A stretch of 63,894 nucleotides of DNA, filler included, from Salisapilia sapeloensis CBS 127946 (lineage: Eukaryota; Protista; Oomycota): assembly GCA_023334545.1 (NCBI GenBank). It is 10 parts of 10 records of this genome, joined end to end, with 100 filler letters (N's around TTAATTAATTAA, not from the genome) between each part and the next. Parts side by side here need not be neighbours in the genome. Positions count along the whole stretch, not along the records: positions 1 to 14,644 come from JAADVB010000384.1; 9 more parts are not named here. One strand, given 5' to 3'. A program made the position numbers and the translations under genes. Positions 1 through 10,569 of the stretch are shown here, in pieces (position 1 is the first letter of the stretch; every line of letters starts with the position of its first letter). Below the pieces are notes generated by a model. The model made no database searches and was not told where the DNA came from. It worked only from the letters and a program-made list of their open reading frames with translations.

Positions 1-141
1 GGCAGGAGAGATGGGTTTGTGAATAAGAACTTGGAGTAGACGAGCGGGTACGAGGAGCTTAGCCTCCGGCTTTTGTCGAGACTCGGCTCTTCGTCTGTTT
101 TGTTCGGGATCTCGCTTTCCCTTGGAGACTCGATTTTCGGG
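1..141. repeat. 141-bp terminal inverted repeat of contig C1 (partner 14504-14644)
   Basis: Bases 1-141 are the exact reverse complement of 14504-14644. The first mismatch is at base 142. Confidence 0.95.
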
Positions 142-1043
142 CTCTCCTCGGTGGGATTCGCGTTTTGAATGACAATCTTTTTCTCTTCACTGATTTCTTC
201 CTCTGTCTTGTTCAAAGTTTCGTCGTCGACTGAAGACTTGACTTCCGAATCATCTAAGAAGTGCTCACCACCTTGGCACTCTTCACTCTTCCCAGTCGGA
301 ACTTCGTTTTCAACGTTTGAATCCTTAAGCACTTGGGTAACCTCGTGCTCCTCTTGTCTCTTCTTCTCACTCGGAGTTTCATTTTCGACTTCAAGATCGT
401 CCAGTGCCAACTTCATGCCAGCTGGAATAGACTTGACTGCCCGATCCATTGCTTCTAGCTTACATTCGGCTTCATATTCCTCCAAGCTCTCAGTATCATC
501 TTCACCAGACGAGCTGAGTCGGTCCAAGTGACTGCCTGCATATCCCACAGACAGACCTGACGTCGAATAACTATTCTGACTTTCAGATCTCGGACGACCG
601 CTATGGAACGTGTAGAGGTCCATGTCACTCTTGGCTCGAGCTGTGGTTGCTCGAGATGGATTCGAATGGAGATGTGGTAGACTGTGATGGGGTTTCGATA
701 GCTCCGGGTAGTATTCAGGAGTCATGACATCGAGCCACCGCTTCTTCTCTTCATCAGACGGAGCACAACATTGGAAGACTTGGTCATCCTGCGTCGTCAT
801 AATGAAGCCATGTTTGTGTCTCTTGAGGCCAGAGCGACCATCCCAGTCGGCAACACACTTGAGCTCATATTCGTGCAGAGGATTGACTGGGTTGCCCAGG
901 TAAGCCTTCTCGGTCTTGTACGTACGCAGCAGCATCCGGTGGTCTGGGTTCTGACCGACAGCCCAAGTTGCGACACAGTATCTGTCGTGCATAATGGGGA
1001 TGTTGGCACCCCGTTTCTTTAAACTTCCTTCCATAGCAACCAT
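1..1043 (-). CDS. PH-domain-like protein, paralog A (3'-truncated by contig end; absent from the ORF track)
   Basis: Manual minus-strand translation from ATG 1043 (or in-frame ATG 1034) gives MVAMEGSLKKRGANIPIMHDRYCVATWAVGQNPDHRMLLRTYKTEKAYLGNPVNPLHEYELKCVADWDGRSGLKRHKHGFIMTTQDDQVFQCCAPSDEEKKRWLDVM. The frame stays open to base 1. It is a clear paralog of 13779-14644. The pattern (EGxLKK start, F-C-A strand, W in the final helix) is PH-like. Confidence 0.85.
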   Translation of the reverse strand, partial: MVAMEGSLKKRGANIPIMHDRYCVATWAVGQNPDHRMLLRTYKTEKAYLGNPVNPLHEYELKCVADWDGRSGLKRHKHGFIMTTQDDQVFQCCAPSDEEKKRWLDVMTPEYYPELSKPHHSLPHLHSNPSRATTARAKSDMDLYTFHSGRPRSESQNSYSTSGLSVGYAGSHLDRLSSSGEDDTESLEEYEAECKLEAMDRAVKSIPAGMKLALDDLEVENETPSEKKRQEEHEVTQVLKDSNVENEVPTGKSEECQGGEHFLDDSEVKSSVDDETLNKTEEEISEEKKIVIQNANPTEESPKIESPRESEIPNKTDEEPSLDKSRRLSSSYPLVYSKFLFTNPSLL

Positions 1044-2699
1044 GCTCTTGTAAATGTCAAACGTGGAGAGTCGATGCAAATTGGAGACTGAATGGCTGGA
1101 CGATGGGCGGGATGTTCATTTCTATGCATGGGATAAAAACAAGGAGCATGCTACCGAAGTAATCCAACGCGGTGAATTTACCCAACAGTGGCGACGATGG
1201 GGGAGAAAAGGTGCAGCTACAAGAAGTGAAACTACCCGGACACTTGCGCAGGAATGGAAACTGATTTATTTTGCGTGTCTACTGTGCATGGGTATTTTTG
1301 GCATCGACATAAGTCGAGAGGTCATGCCTGCGCGAAAGAAGTAGTTTAACAATGGAGATGACATTTGCACACGTCCTGGCTCTATGCCGTTCACTATATC
1401 GTCACCAAGTGACGATGCGTTCCACTATCACGACTTTGTCAGTGCTCAACTAGGAGCTTAGCAAGATTCACGGTCGATCTAGCACCTGTATTCAAGGATT
1501 TGTGGAGTCTACCTCCGATAAGATCATCCAGTAAATTGTAAAGATATGCACTAGCACCTGTGCTCTTCACAAGAACTTTCAAGTGCTGGTCCGATCCACT
1601 ACCATTTGAACCGAGAAAGAAATATGGGAGCTACATACTTTTTGTGGCGACCGATACGGAAGGACGATAATCTGGCATCAGTAGTCTTCTCTACCGATTA
1701 ATTGTGGTACTGCACATGTAGCATACAGCATCCTGAAGTGGTTGACGAGACCTCAAGATACTGCTTGGATGCGATCGTGATTTGCCACTTACTCAGGTCG
1801 GCCAGATGTTGGGCTCTGTTCATGTCTTGAACCGCGCATGACTCTTCGTGCGAAAGTGTCTACTCCTTCGTGTTAAACGCCAACCAGTCTTTGCCATAGA
1901 CTGCTCCGCCACGGCGTCGACGGCAAGTGATGAGATGAAGAGAGCACCTGACTTCAAAGTTCAAGGGATCTTGAAGTGCAGGTGGCTAGGAGGGTATCTA
2001 AGATGTATCTTTACTTGTGGGCACTCGAGTCTCCACTACTTTGTAAGCAGTGGATACTTTAGAGATCTACTTCATGTATAGACGTTTCCAATTGATAAAT
2101 TCTTTACCTAAACTAGCTTTAATGGCTCCGTGTACTCGCAGTCCAAGTATGAGTATCGTCATGTCTTGCTGCATCTATTGTTAATCCAGATCAGATACAA
2201 GAGCTATTTGCAGTGTTCTAGATCACGTATCGACGCTTTGTTGTCAGCAGCATGTAAACTCTACAAGACGCAATGTAGCTACTGCTGCGTGTTGGAAAAG
2301 TATGGCAACTATTGCTGCCATAAGAATCTTAGTTTGGATCTTCGACACGACAATTTGGATATCACGTAGCAAGGATGTCTACTACCAGACGGATGTATCT
2401 ATCGCGGTCGAAGCACGACTAGAAATTCGTCACCGAACCACTACATCCAAGCCATCATCCTTCCAACAATTGATCCATGATCCTTCGTACCTCCGATACG
2501 TTCACGCCAACCTGATTATCAATGACTACATCTACACACCTCTCCCTTCACTTGTCTTATCGTAAGCAATCCCTATACATACTAGAAGCAAAAGAGCAAG
2601 TAACAATTGGATGGACTCGTTCGTGTCTGTCATTGAAGCGTTTACACCGCTACATCCTTACGACCAGTAGGTCAAAAGCCAACTTCCACGGCGTCATGC

Positions 2700-3182
2700 T
2701 TACATGAGGTCAACGAATGGCTGCGGGGCCATCGTGACCGGGCTCTTGCCCTTCATGCGGTAGGTGTATCCCTCCTTAGGCTGCACCGGCTGACGCTTGA
2801 TGGTCGCGCGCACACCTGTGGCGTGGGCCTCCTTCTTCTTGCGGTCGTTGTCCTTGACACGCTGGAGGAAACCTTGACGGCACTTGGACTGGTGGACGTG
2901 CTCAATGCGGACGTTGATGTACTTGTGGATGATACGGTTACCAACCACCTTGTTGACACGGACACCAACGGCACGCTTGGTCACGTTGAAGACACGGCCG
3001 GTACGTCCGTGGTAGAACTTGAACGGCATACCCTTCTGGACGGCACCGTTGGCCTTGATGTCGACGTAGTCGCCCATCTTGAACGTACGGAGGTACGTGG
3101 ACATCTTGACCGGGCCGTGGTTCCGGAAGGAACGGGCGAACATATCACGCGTACGCGCGCGGTAACCGAAAGAGTGCGGCAT
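2700..3182 (-). CDS. RPL21: 60S ribosomal protein L21 (eL21), intronless
   Basis: 160 aa, MPHSFGYRARTRDMF...GDYVDIKANGAVQKGMPFKFYHGRTGRVFNVTKRAVGVRVNKVVGNRIIHKYINVRIEHV, the hallmark eL21 sequence. Strong C/G-ending codon bias. Confidence 0.98.
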   Translation of the reverse strand: MPHSFGYRARTRDMFARSFRNHGPVKMSTYLRTFKMGDYVDIKANGAVQKGMPFKFYHGRTGRVFNVTKRAVGVRVNKVVGNRIIHKYINVRIEHVHQSKCRQGFLQRVKDNDRKKKEAHATGVRATIKRQPVQPKEGYTYRMKGKSPVTMAPQPFVDLM

Positions 3183-3698
3183 TGTAGGCTAGTTTAAATT
3201 GATTCGACTGCTAGGAGCAAGTTCCGGAAGATATACATGGACATACGAGTTAGTATTGGTGATGATTGGCATCAAGGCCATGAGAGACTGGGATACTCTA
3301 GTCATGTATACACGCCATATTGACATATCAACATCGCATGGATGTATATCTGTAAGAAGCGTGGCCAGTCTCCCATGCACCTAGAAAGAGATGGCAAGTA
3401 GAACGTACCTAGCGGTCGGCGAACGAGACCAAGAACTGGAAGAGCTTCCCGAAATGGTGTGTGAACTATTGGCCGCGGAGGGGCCAGCATACAAAAACCA
3501 AGTGTAACGGCCTTTTTCGTATTTGATCGACAAGATACTGTACGACACCAGGTGGCTTTCCATCAGGCCAAAAGCCCTGGACAGGTCGTAGCTAGGGATA
3601 CAGGGGAATGTCCAGGGTGTCTCGCTGACTTATGCCAAGTCTTCGTCATATAAATTTTCTTACTTTCTCGTCTTCGCCCGACCGGAGGCACGAGCATC

Positions 3699-6512
3699 AT
3701 GTCCGAGCGTATACAAGACTCGTTCGTGAGTGGGGACACAAACTCTCGTCGTACGACAGATGAAGAGACGATGGAGGTGGTCATGGAAGGACAATTGAAA
3801 AAACGAACGAATAACCTGCCTGTGATGCACGATCGCTATTGCATCGCTGCGCTCGTCGGACACGACGTTTATGATCGAAAGCTAATCTTACGTACGTATA
3901 AAAGCAAACAGGCCTATGTGTCGATGCCACAGCGTCCTGTGAGTGAGCATCACGTCCGGAATTTTAGTACGTGGGATGGTCGGTTCGGTCTAAAGAAATA
4001 TCCTCACCCATTTTCCATCGAAACTATGGATAAAAAGGTCTTCCTGTGCTCTGCCCCGTCATCCCAGGACCAGAGAGGCTGGATGGAACTGACGATTCCA
4101 TCCCACACATCCATGGCATCATCTTCGGGCCAATATTCCGAAAGTTCGTCTGAACGACCTTCTTCGATCCAGACAGATCGACCTCGGGACTCGAGTGATC
4201 ATGGCTATGAAGACTCATCAACGTACCGATTATCTCTTGACAGTCATGAAATTCGTCCGAAAGAAAAGAAGAAAGACCGAGGGCACTTTGTGCCTTTAGA
4301 AGAGGACGTTCCGTCTAAGAAAGCTCCTACCGACCGTGTCATGCGTTCTCGTCCTAAAAGTCGCAATGAAAGTGTGCAGGAACCTGCGGACTGGGGTATC
4401 TTTAATCGTGACGCACCATCGGACCCAGTTTCGTCCAATGCTCCCGTGTCTTTAGATGACGATTTGCTCGAATCTGACGATGAAGACAAGAGCAAAGCTT
4501 TAGCCAGCGATGCATTTCTCTTTGGCAAGTCCCGTCGGTTCTTTTCCAAGATGTTTAAAGGCCACAAAGAAGAAGAGGAGGAAGAAGAAGACGATGATCT
4601 AGTCGATCAAGCCTTGGTCGAGCGTCAAGAGCGTGCAAGGAAGGACAAGGAGAAGCGACGACGAGCTCAGAAATTGGAGAGTAACCGGGACTTGTATGCC
4701 GAGATGTCGGCTGCGAGACTAGCTGGTATGCGAAAGGATGCGCGTATGCCTCGGAAAAACTCGAGAGGTCTGTCGTCTATCGACTCGGAGAGCGAGTGGC
4801 ATTATGATGAAGATGAGGATAGCCAGAGATATCCGTATGATACGGACGAGTCGGATAAGTATGACGATTTCGATGGAGATGAGTCTTCAGATGACGAGTC
4901 TCTCGAGGAAGAGCATGCTGAGGGAAGAAAGAAGGAGCACGAGTCTGTCCAGGAAGACTCGGGAGTGTCTTTAGAAGCGAGTACATCGGAAGAGAAGAGT
5001 GTGAGAGATAGCACTCGATCTATAGATGATACGCTCGAACCGGAACCGGTGGAAGGAAAGAAGAAATCAAAGAAAGAGGAACAGCATGAGTCGATGGAAG
5101 AAGAAGACATGTCAGAAGAAGTGGAGGAAAGGCCAAAGCAGAAGCGATCCAAGAAACACAAGGAGCGTGGCGTTGAGGAGACAGAGGAAGAAGACGTTGC
5201 GTCGGAGGAAGAAATGGAGGAGAAACTAAAGCAGAAGCGGTCAAAGAAACACAAGGAGCGCGATGTGGAAGACGAAGGGACAGATGAAGAGAGGACGAAG
5301 GAGAAGAGGAATCGCAGGAAGGAAAAGCTCAAGGAACGACAGTCGGCAGTGCAGCGATATGAAGAAGAGATGCGTTTGCAGGAAGAGCGTATGAGAGAGG
5401 AGGAGGAACGTCTGGAGCGTGAGAGGAAGGAAGCGAAGAAGAAGCGCAAGGCGGAGAAGCGTAGGAAACGAGAGGAGCGAAGAGCGAGAGAAGAGGAGGA
5501 GGCGGATGCAGCTGCGGCGGCAGAGTTGGCCCGACAACATCGAGAGGAGATGAAGATGAAAGAGAAGGAAGACGCGAGGAAAGAGCGTCATCGACTGAAG
5601 AAGGAGAAGAAGGAAAAGAAGGAACGCAAGGAGAAGAAGCGATTGGAAAAGCAGATTGCTGAGAAAGCGAGAGAGGAAGAGGAGTTGCGAGCGGAGATTG
5701 AACGACTGAAGCAACAGGGAGAGGAGAAGAGTGTGGAGAGGAAGAGAAGTCGGAAGAAAAAGTATACGCCACCGGATGAACGAATTCAAAAGTATGACGA
5801 GAGGAAAGGATTGAAGAATAGAAGTGTCTCTGCTTCCTCCACACCTGAAGTGTCGAACGCTCTCGTCGTCGTTGACCAGGAAGAGCCGCCTGTAGATATC
5901 AAGGAGCGTAGCAAGTCTGCTGACGTGTATACGACGGAGCAACCGACGGAAGTACCGGTAACCACTGAAGAGCCATCTCAGCCACCTCCCGCTCCACCAT
6001 CCCAACCACAGGCGCAGCCTACTCAGACACCAGAGCCGCAACCAGCTCCAGTGTCGCAACCGTCGGAGCCACAGGCCACGCCAGCGTATGCTGAGCAGCC
6101 GCCATCGACAGCTCCTGCCAACCTGCCGAATGTACAGCAGTATCCGATGCCTCAAGCATCCTACATGCCACCTTCTTATCCGCCGTACTACTACCCTCCC
6201 CCTCAGATGATGTCGTATCCACCTCCTGGAGGGTATGGCTATCCACCTCCGTATTACCCTCCTCCATATAGCTACATGGGTCAATCCATGCCTCCAAACA
6301 TGTTTGAACAAGCGCCAGCGAGTCAACCGACAGTCGCGACGGCTTTGTATGAGCAGCCAGCACCGAGTGTCCAGACGAAAGAAGAGGAGGTGGAGTATGG
6401 GCCGCAGTTGCCTAGTCCGAAGACTCAGAGGAGGCTGCTTCATCCTCGTCGGAACAGTTTTGAAGAGCCACCGCCATCGTTACCGGAACTGCCGGACGTG
6501 GCTGAATTTTAG
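3699..6512 (+). CDS. PH-domain-like protein, paralog B, with acidic/basic coiled-coil region and Pro/Tyr-rich tail
   Basis: 937-aa ORF. The N-terminal MEGQLKKRTNNLPVMHDRYCIA...WDGRFGLKKYPHPFSIETMDKKVFLCSAPS..W segment aligns with paralogs A and C. It is followed by an E/K/R-rich stretch, a duplicated KQKRSKKHKER unit and a PPxY-rich tail. Confidence 0.85.
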   Translation: MSERIQDSFVSGDTNSRRTTDEETMEVVMEGQLKKRTNNLPVMHDRYCIAALVGHDVYDRKLILRTYKSKQAYVSMPQRPVSEHHVRNFSTWDGRFGLKKYPHPFSIETMDKKVFLCSAPSSQDQRGWMELTIPSHTSMASSSGQYSESSSERPSSIQTDRPRDSSDHGYEDSSTYRLSLDSHEIRPKEKKKDRGHFVPLEEDVPSKKAPTDRVMRSRPKSRNESVQEPADWGIFNRDAPSDPVSSNAPVSLDDDLLESDDEDKSKALASDAFLFGKSRRFFSKMFKGHKEEEEEEEDDDLVDQALVERQERARKDKEKRRRAQKLESNRDLYAEMSAARLAGMRKDARMPRKNSRGLSSIDSESEWHYDEDEDSQRYPYDTDESDKYDDFDGDESSDDESLEEEHAEGRKKEHESVQEDSGVSLEASTSEEKSVRDSTRSIDDTLEPEPVEGKKKSKKEEQHESMEEEDMSEEVEERPKQKRSKKHKERGVEETEEEDVASEEEMEEKLKQKRSKKHKERDVEDEGTDEERTKEKRNRRKEKLKERQSAVQRYEEEMRLQEERMREEEERLERERKEAKKKRKAEKRRKREERRAREEEEADAAAAAELARQHREEMKMKEKEDARKERHRLKKEKKEKKERKEKKRLEKQIAEKAREEEELRAEIERLKQQGEEKSVERKRSRKKKYTPPDERIQKYDERKGLKNRSVSASSTPEVSNALVVVDQEEPPVDIKERSKSADVYTTEQPTEVPVTTEEPSQPPPAPPSQPQAQPTQTPEPQPAPVSQPSEPQATPAYAEQPPSTAPANLPNVQQYPMPQASYMPPSYPPYYYPPPQMMSYPPPGGYGYPPPYYPPPYSYMGQSMPPNMFEQAPASQPTVATALYEQPAPSVQTKEEEVEYGPQLPSPKTQRRLLHPRRNSFEEPPPSLPELPDVAEF

Positions 6513-6569
6513 ACAAGTGGATTGATGCTAATTTATCGACTGTTGCAAATGTACTTTGTTCATTTTGAA

Positions 6570-7780
6570 TTACGCAGTTGGTTTTGTTCGTGACGTAGCT
6601 TTTCCTGTTTGGATAGTTGTGAAAGGTAGAGTTACGAGACGATAGGATGGACATACGAGCATGGAAGTGCGCAACCTGGCTAGACGATGCTTACTGTCCT
6701 TTGCGATCGATGTAATCTCACCTGACTTGGTATACGAGATCTGAAATTTGTCGGTCGTTAGTATACTACCTCCATGTGCTGCTGGAAGTTGATTTGCCCA
6801 GGTATCATCGATATAAGATTGGTTGCTAGATGGTTTCATGGGGGTCCTTTTACTCTTACGGGAGGATAGATACGGTGGATGGTCACTTGTGCTTTCGGTA
6901 TGGCCTTTTGGATAGGGTGAAGAGAACATGCCTTGTAGAGTTGCACGAGGTATTTCAACCACAGATGCGTGAGGAAAGCGGAGGGGTTGTGCGCTAGTTG
7001 GACAAGGAGATACGGATGAATTTGAAGGAAGGGCTCCGCTGTCTGTAAAGTGAACGAGGGAGTCCACGACGACGCGCTCTACTGGAAGTGTGACTTCGAC
7101 CAAGATGTGGATGGAGTGGTTGTATAGCTCAACTGGCTCAGAAACGTGGCTAAATGCTGAGACCGGATGAAAGAAGCGAGTGATGCTATCATTTGATGGA
7201 AACAGCAAGTAGTTGTCTTTGTCTACCTGCATGTAAACCGGCGTGTAAGTCAAAATAAAAGTAATGGAAAAAGTGGTAATTCACGTACAGAAAGGTCTGT
7301 CAAGGACAGTGCTGGCTGGTCTTTGGATGTGATATCCGTAAACGTGGCACGAAACTTCCATGCACACAAGGGCACCGGATATTCGACTCGAACTTCAACA
7401 GCATAGAAAGATGCATCATGCTTGCGCGTACACGTATTCGACTCACAGATACTTGCCCCACTGAGAGACGAAGTAAGGCTGGAATCCCATAGCTCCTCAT
7501 TTAGACCTTTACTAGGAATACTTTCTTCTCGTTCGCCTTCCTCTCCTTGACGACGGTTATACGAGGTGTAATCTTGACACTTTTGTGGTTTCTGCATCCG
7601 GTGGAAGGCTATAAACTTCGTGGATGCTACAGGACGCCAACGATTTCTTGGTATATCCTGATCACGATCTCTTCTTGCAGATGTAAAGGGTCGAAAGTTA
7701 GGCTTTATCTTCGTGCTTTCGGAACGAAGATTGCTCAATCTTTCCTCGCATGCCGATTTTGGTCGTCTCGATGCGCTCAT
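6570..7780 (-). CDS. Uncharacterised spliced protein (3' exon structure uncertain)
   Basis: ORFs 7250-7780 (ATG, MSASRRPKSA...) and 6570-7253 can be joined by a GTACGT...TGCAG intron near 7230-7290. A further branch-point/acceptor-like CTAAC...TTTCAG lies near 6740-6765. No family recognised. Confidence 0.45.
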
Positions 7781-8373
7781 TCGCGGTCTCTCGACATCTT
7801 TTTCATAGCACGATACTGGTGGCTATGAAGATGGACATTATACATAGAAAATGAGCATGCGTAGGAGATATAGCACCTTCGGTGGTGTGGCCACTTGTGT
7901 TCGACGGTAGGTTTTTGATTTGAGAAAGAAAGTATCCACATCTAGGTTCGCTGATGTAAATCTCCACTAGCCCAAATATGTATTTGGAGCTATACCATCC
8001 TTTCCGAGTTTCCGTGAAGCGCTTTTAGTGTTTCTGACTGATGTAGATGTACTCCTTCCTTTCATCGTACGGCACATATCTTCTACTTGATTCCCATCAA
8101 GAAGCTCATCTAGGTAATGAGAGACTGCATGCCGTGTACTCTGAGTGGGAGTCTTACGACCTCGACGTGAACGCTCATCCAAGGCTCGAAATTTATCCTC
8201 GATAATACTAGATGACATGAATGTATTTCGATCTTGTCCCACAAGGCTACATGTTGTCCTGTAACGGACTTTTGAACTGTACTCAGCTTCTACCACTCCA
8301 ATGAAGAGTCGTGTCGAGCATGAACAATCGCGTCAAACACAGCACAATTTTTCTCGTCACAAACTAAAGTATC

Positions 8374-9135
8374 ATGGTAAGCCCTGTATTTCCCAAAGCA
8401 AAACCCGTTCTTTTTGCCTACTAAGTTACTTTCTCATGATCCCAGACAACGTGTCAGCAAGCAATTAAGGCCTGGGTAACCTTCTACTGTATTTGGATGC
8501 ATCATTATCTTGCTCTTTATCTGACGCAATTCATTGTTTTAGGAAACAAAAAATGAAGCTTCTGCTGAAGAAGCGGAAGCTGTAAAGATCTATTGCCAAA
8601 TGCCGCCTATCAATAAGCTGGACAATTCATTAAACACGCTCAAAAACTGCGAGTATGCTCTAACTGCATATAAAAGTATAAATTTTATTTATCAATTCAT
8701 GTTCTACGTAGACATCTATCGCTATCGACGAACACGATTGACCGATTAATTCCTCTCACGGGTATGAAGAAGCTACGCATCCTATCTCTTGGTCGCAACC
8801 AAATCAAGAAGATTGAAAAGCTAGATGACGTAGCTGAAACACTCGAAGAGCTGTGGGTTTCCTATAATCTGATCAGCACTTTGGATGGTCTCTCCGGCTT
8901 AACCAACCTCACGACGCTCTATATTTCTAACAACCTGATCAAGAGTTGGGATGAACTGGACAAACTTTCGACTCTACCAAAGCTTCGAGACGTTCTGTTT
9001 GTCGGGAATCCGATCTATGAGAACATGTCCAAGGAAGAAGCGAGATTAAATATCCTCAAGCGCATTCCAAAGCTAGCAAAGATCGATGGAGATATGGTCA
9101 AACAAACGGAAATCGAGGCTGCATTAGCCGTCTAA
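8374..9135 (+). CDS. DNAL1: Dynein axonemal light chain 1 (outer-arm LC1, leucine-rich repeat)
   Basis: Exons 8374-8376, 8446-8475, 8543-8652 and 8712-9135, all with GT-AG introns. They splice to MTTCQQAIKAWETKNEASAEEAEAVKIYCQMPPINKLDNSLNTLKNCEHLSLSTNTIDRLIPLTGMKKLRILSLGRNQIKKIEKLDDVAETLEELWVSYN..., the classic LC1 sequence. Confidence 0.95.
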
Positions 9136-9207
9136 ACTTTATGAATGAAGCACGGTTTACAAAGCACGATGACATTGTTTTCAAGATTTATCTTTCTACC
9201 ACTTGTC

Positions 9208-10348
9208 TTACTTGTGCTTGAGGTACTGAAGGATGTAGCTGAAGTCCTTGTCGCCATGACCTTCGTTCTTCATCATGTTGAAGAGCTGGAACGAGTTGTA
9301 TGTCATGGGCATTGTCTGGTCCACGGCCTTGGCACACGTGACGGCTAGGTTCAAGTCCTTCCACATGAGTTTCGTCATGAATCCGCCCTTGTATCCGTTC
9401 GAAGACGGGACATTCTCCATCACGCCAGGGTACGGATTGTTTCTATTTCATATCAAATTGCATGATTAGTTCAGATACGTCTGTCTCCTACAAGGCAATA
9501 CGTACACTGTGACGGACCAGCATTGTCCCGTGGATGTGGCCATGATTCTATTTCATACGTGTCAGCTCCAAGTTTCATATAGCATACAAGAAGGTATTAC
9601 CCAGACAAGACTTTCGGGTCTAAGCCTAAGGTTTCTCCTAGGTTCAATGCTTCCGCGACGGAATGCATTTGGATAGCCAGAGCCAAGTTGTTACAGATCT
9701 TGGCCGCTTGTCCAGTAGCTAGTATCGTCATACGCATAAGTACATAGTTTCAAGTCTTGTATGATACAATGTATACGTACAACTGCCACCGCAGTGCACA
9801 AAGTTTTTCCCCATGTACGTGAGTCTCTCCTTTGCACGATCGAATTCATCGGCCGTGCCACCGATCATGAACGTCAGAGTACCGTTGGTGGCGCCTGCGA
9901 CACCACCGGAGACGGGGGCGTCGACGTAGCTCGCTCCAAGGTCGTGAATGCCCTTGGAAACTTCCTTCGTAGCAACAGGGTCGATAGTACTCGAGTCGAT
10001 GAACAAGTGCTCCTTTCGGAGAACCTGGTGCAAACCGTTCTCGCCAAGATACGTCTCTTGCACGGACGCAGTCGACGGTAGCATCGTAATCACAGTGTCA
10101 CACATTTCGGCAACTTGCAACGGGGAGTCGGCCTTGGCGGCTCCCTTTGCGACAATTGCGTCAGCGTTGTTTGCATCGAGGTCATAGACGACGACGTCTC
10201 GGCCTCCCTTTAGCATATTGGAGGCCATCTGACCGCCCATGAGGCCAACACCGATGATGCCAATGCGGTCGGACGAGGGGGCAGTGGAGAATGCGCGCTT
10301 CTGAAGCAACGAAGCTGGGCGACGGAGGGTGCGGAGGAGAGGGTTCAT
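9208..10348 (-). CDS. HIBADH: 3-hydroxyisobutyrate dehydrogenase, mitochondrial (spliced)
   Basis: Mitochondrial presequence-like MNPLLRTLRRPASLLQKRAFS, Rossmann motif IGIIGVGLMG, DAPVSGGVAGATNGTLTFMIGG, GQAAKICNN, and C-terminal YKGGFMTKLMWKDLNLA...KDFSYILQYL. Several GT-AG introns. Confidence 0.93.
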
Positions 10349-10569
10349 GCTGCTAGCGGGGAGTTTTTGATTGTGATGACCACCAGGGACGCAAGGTCCG
10401 AACTTCAAGTCGGCGTGTCTGAGTATTGCGCAGCACTCGATCTTTGTATGGTGGTTGAAGAGCCGCTTGTGCATGGACGAGGGTGGGAGATGAAGTATTG
10501 AAGGTGATCCTGAAGAGATGGTGACGAGCTGGATGTACGATTAGTGGATATGGGATGTTAGACGGAAAT

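Noticed and set aside
1-141. Reading the 141-nt inverted ends as true 141-bp transposon TIRs
   Set aside because: The same length occurs on unrelated contigs and on LTR overlaps, so it reflects the assembler k-mer. The real repeat length is unknown.
1470-1990. Weak inverted similarity of about 25 nt (CTAGCACCTG...TTCAAG) suggesting a MITE
   Set aside because: Too short and gapped, with no TSD seen. It could be chance.
7967-8296. 109-aa minus-strand ORF between the unknown gene and DNAL1
   Set aside because: Non-ATG start, no recognisable motif, and it lies in a probable divergent promoter region.
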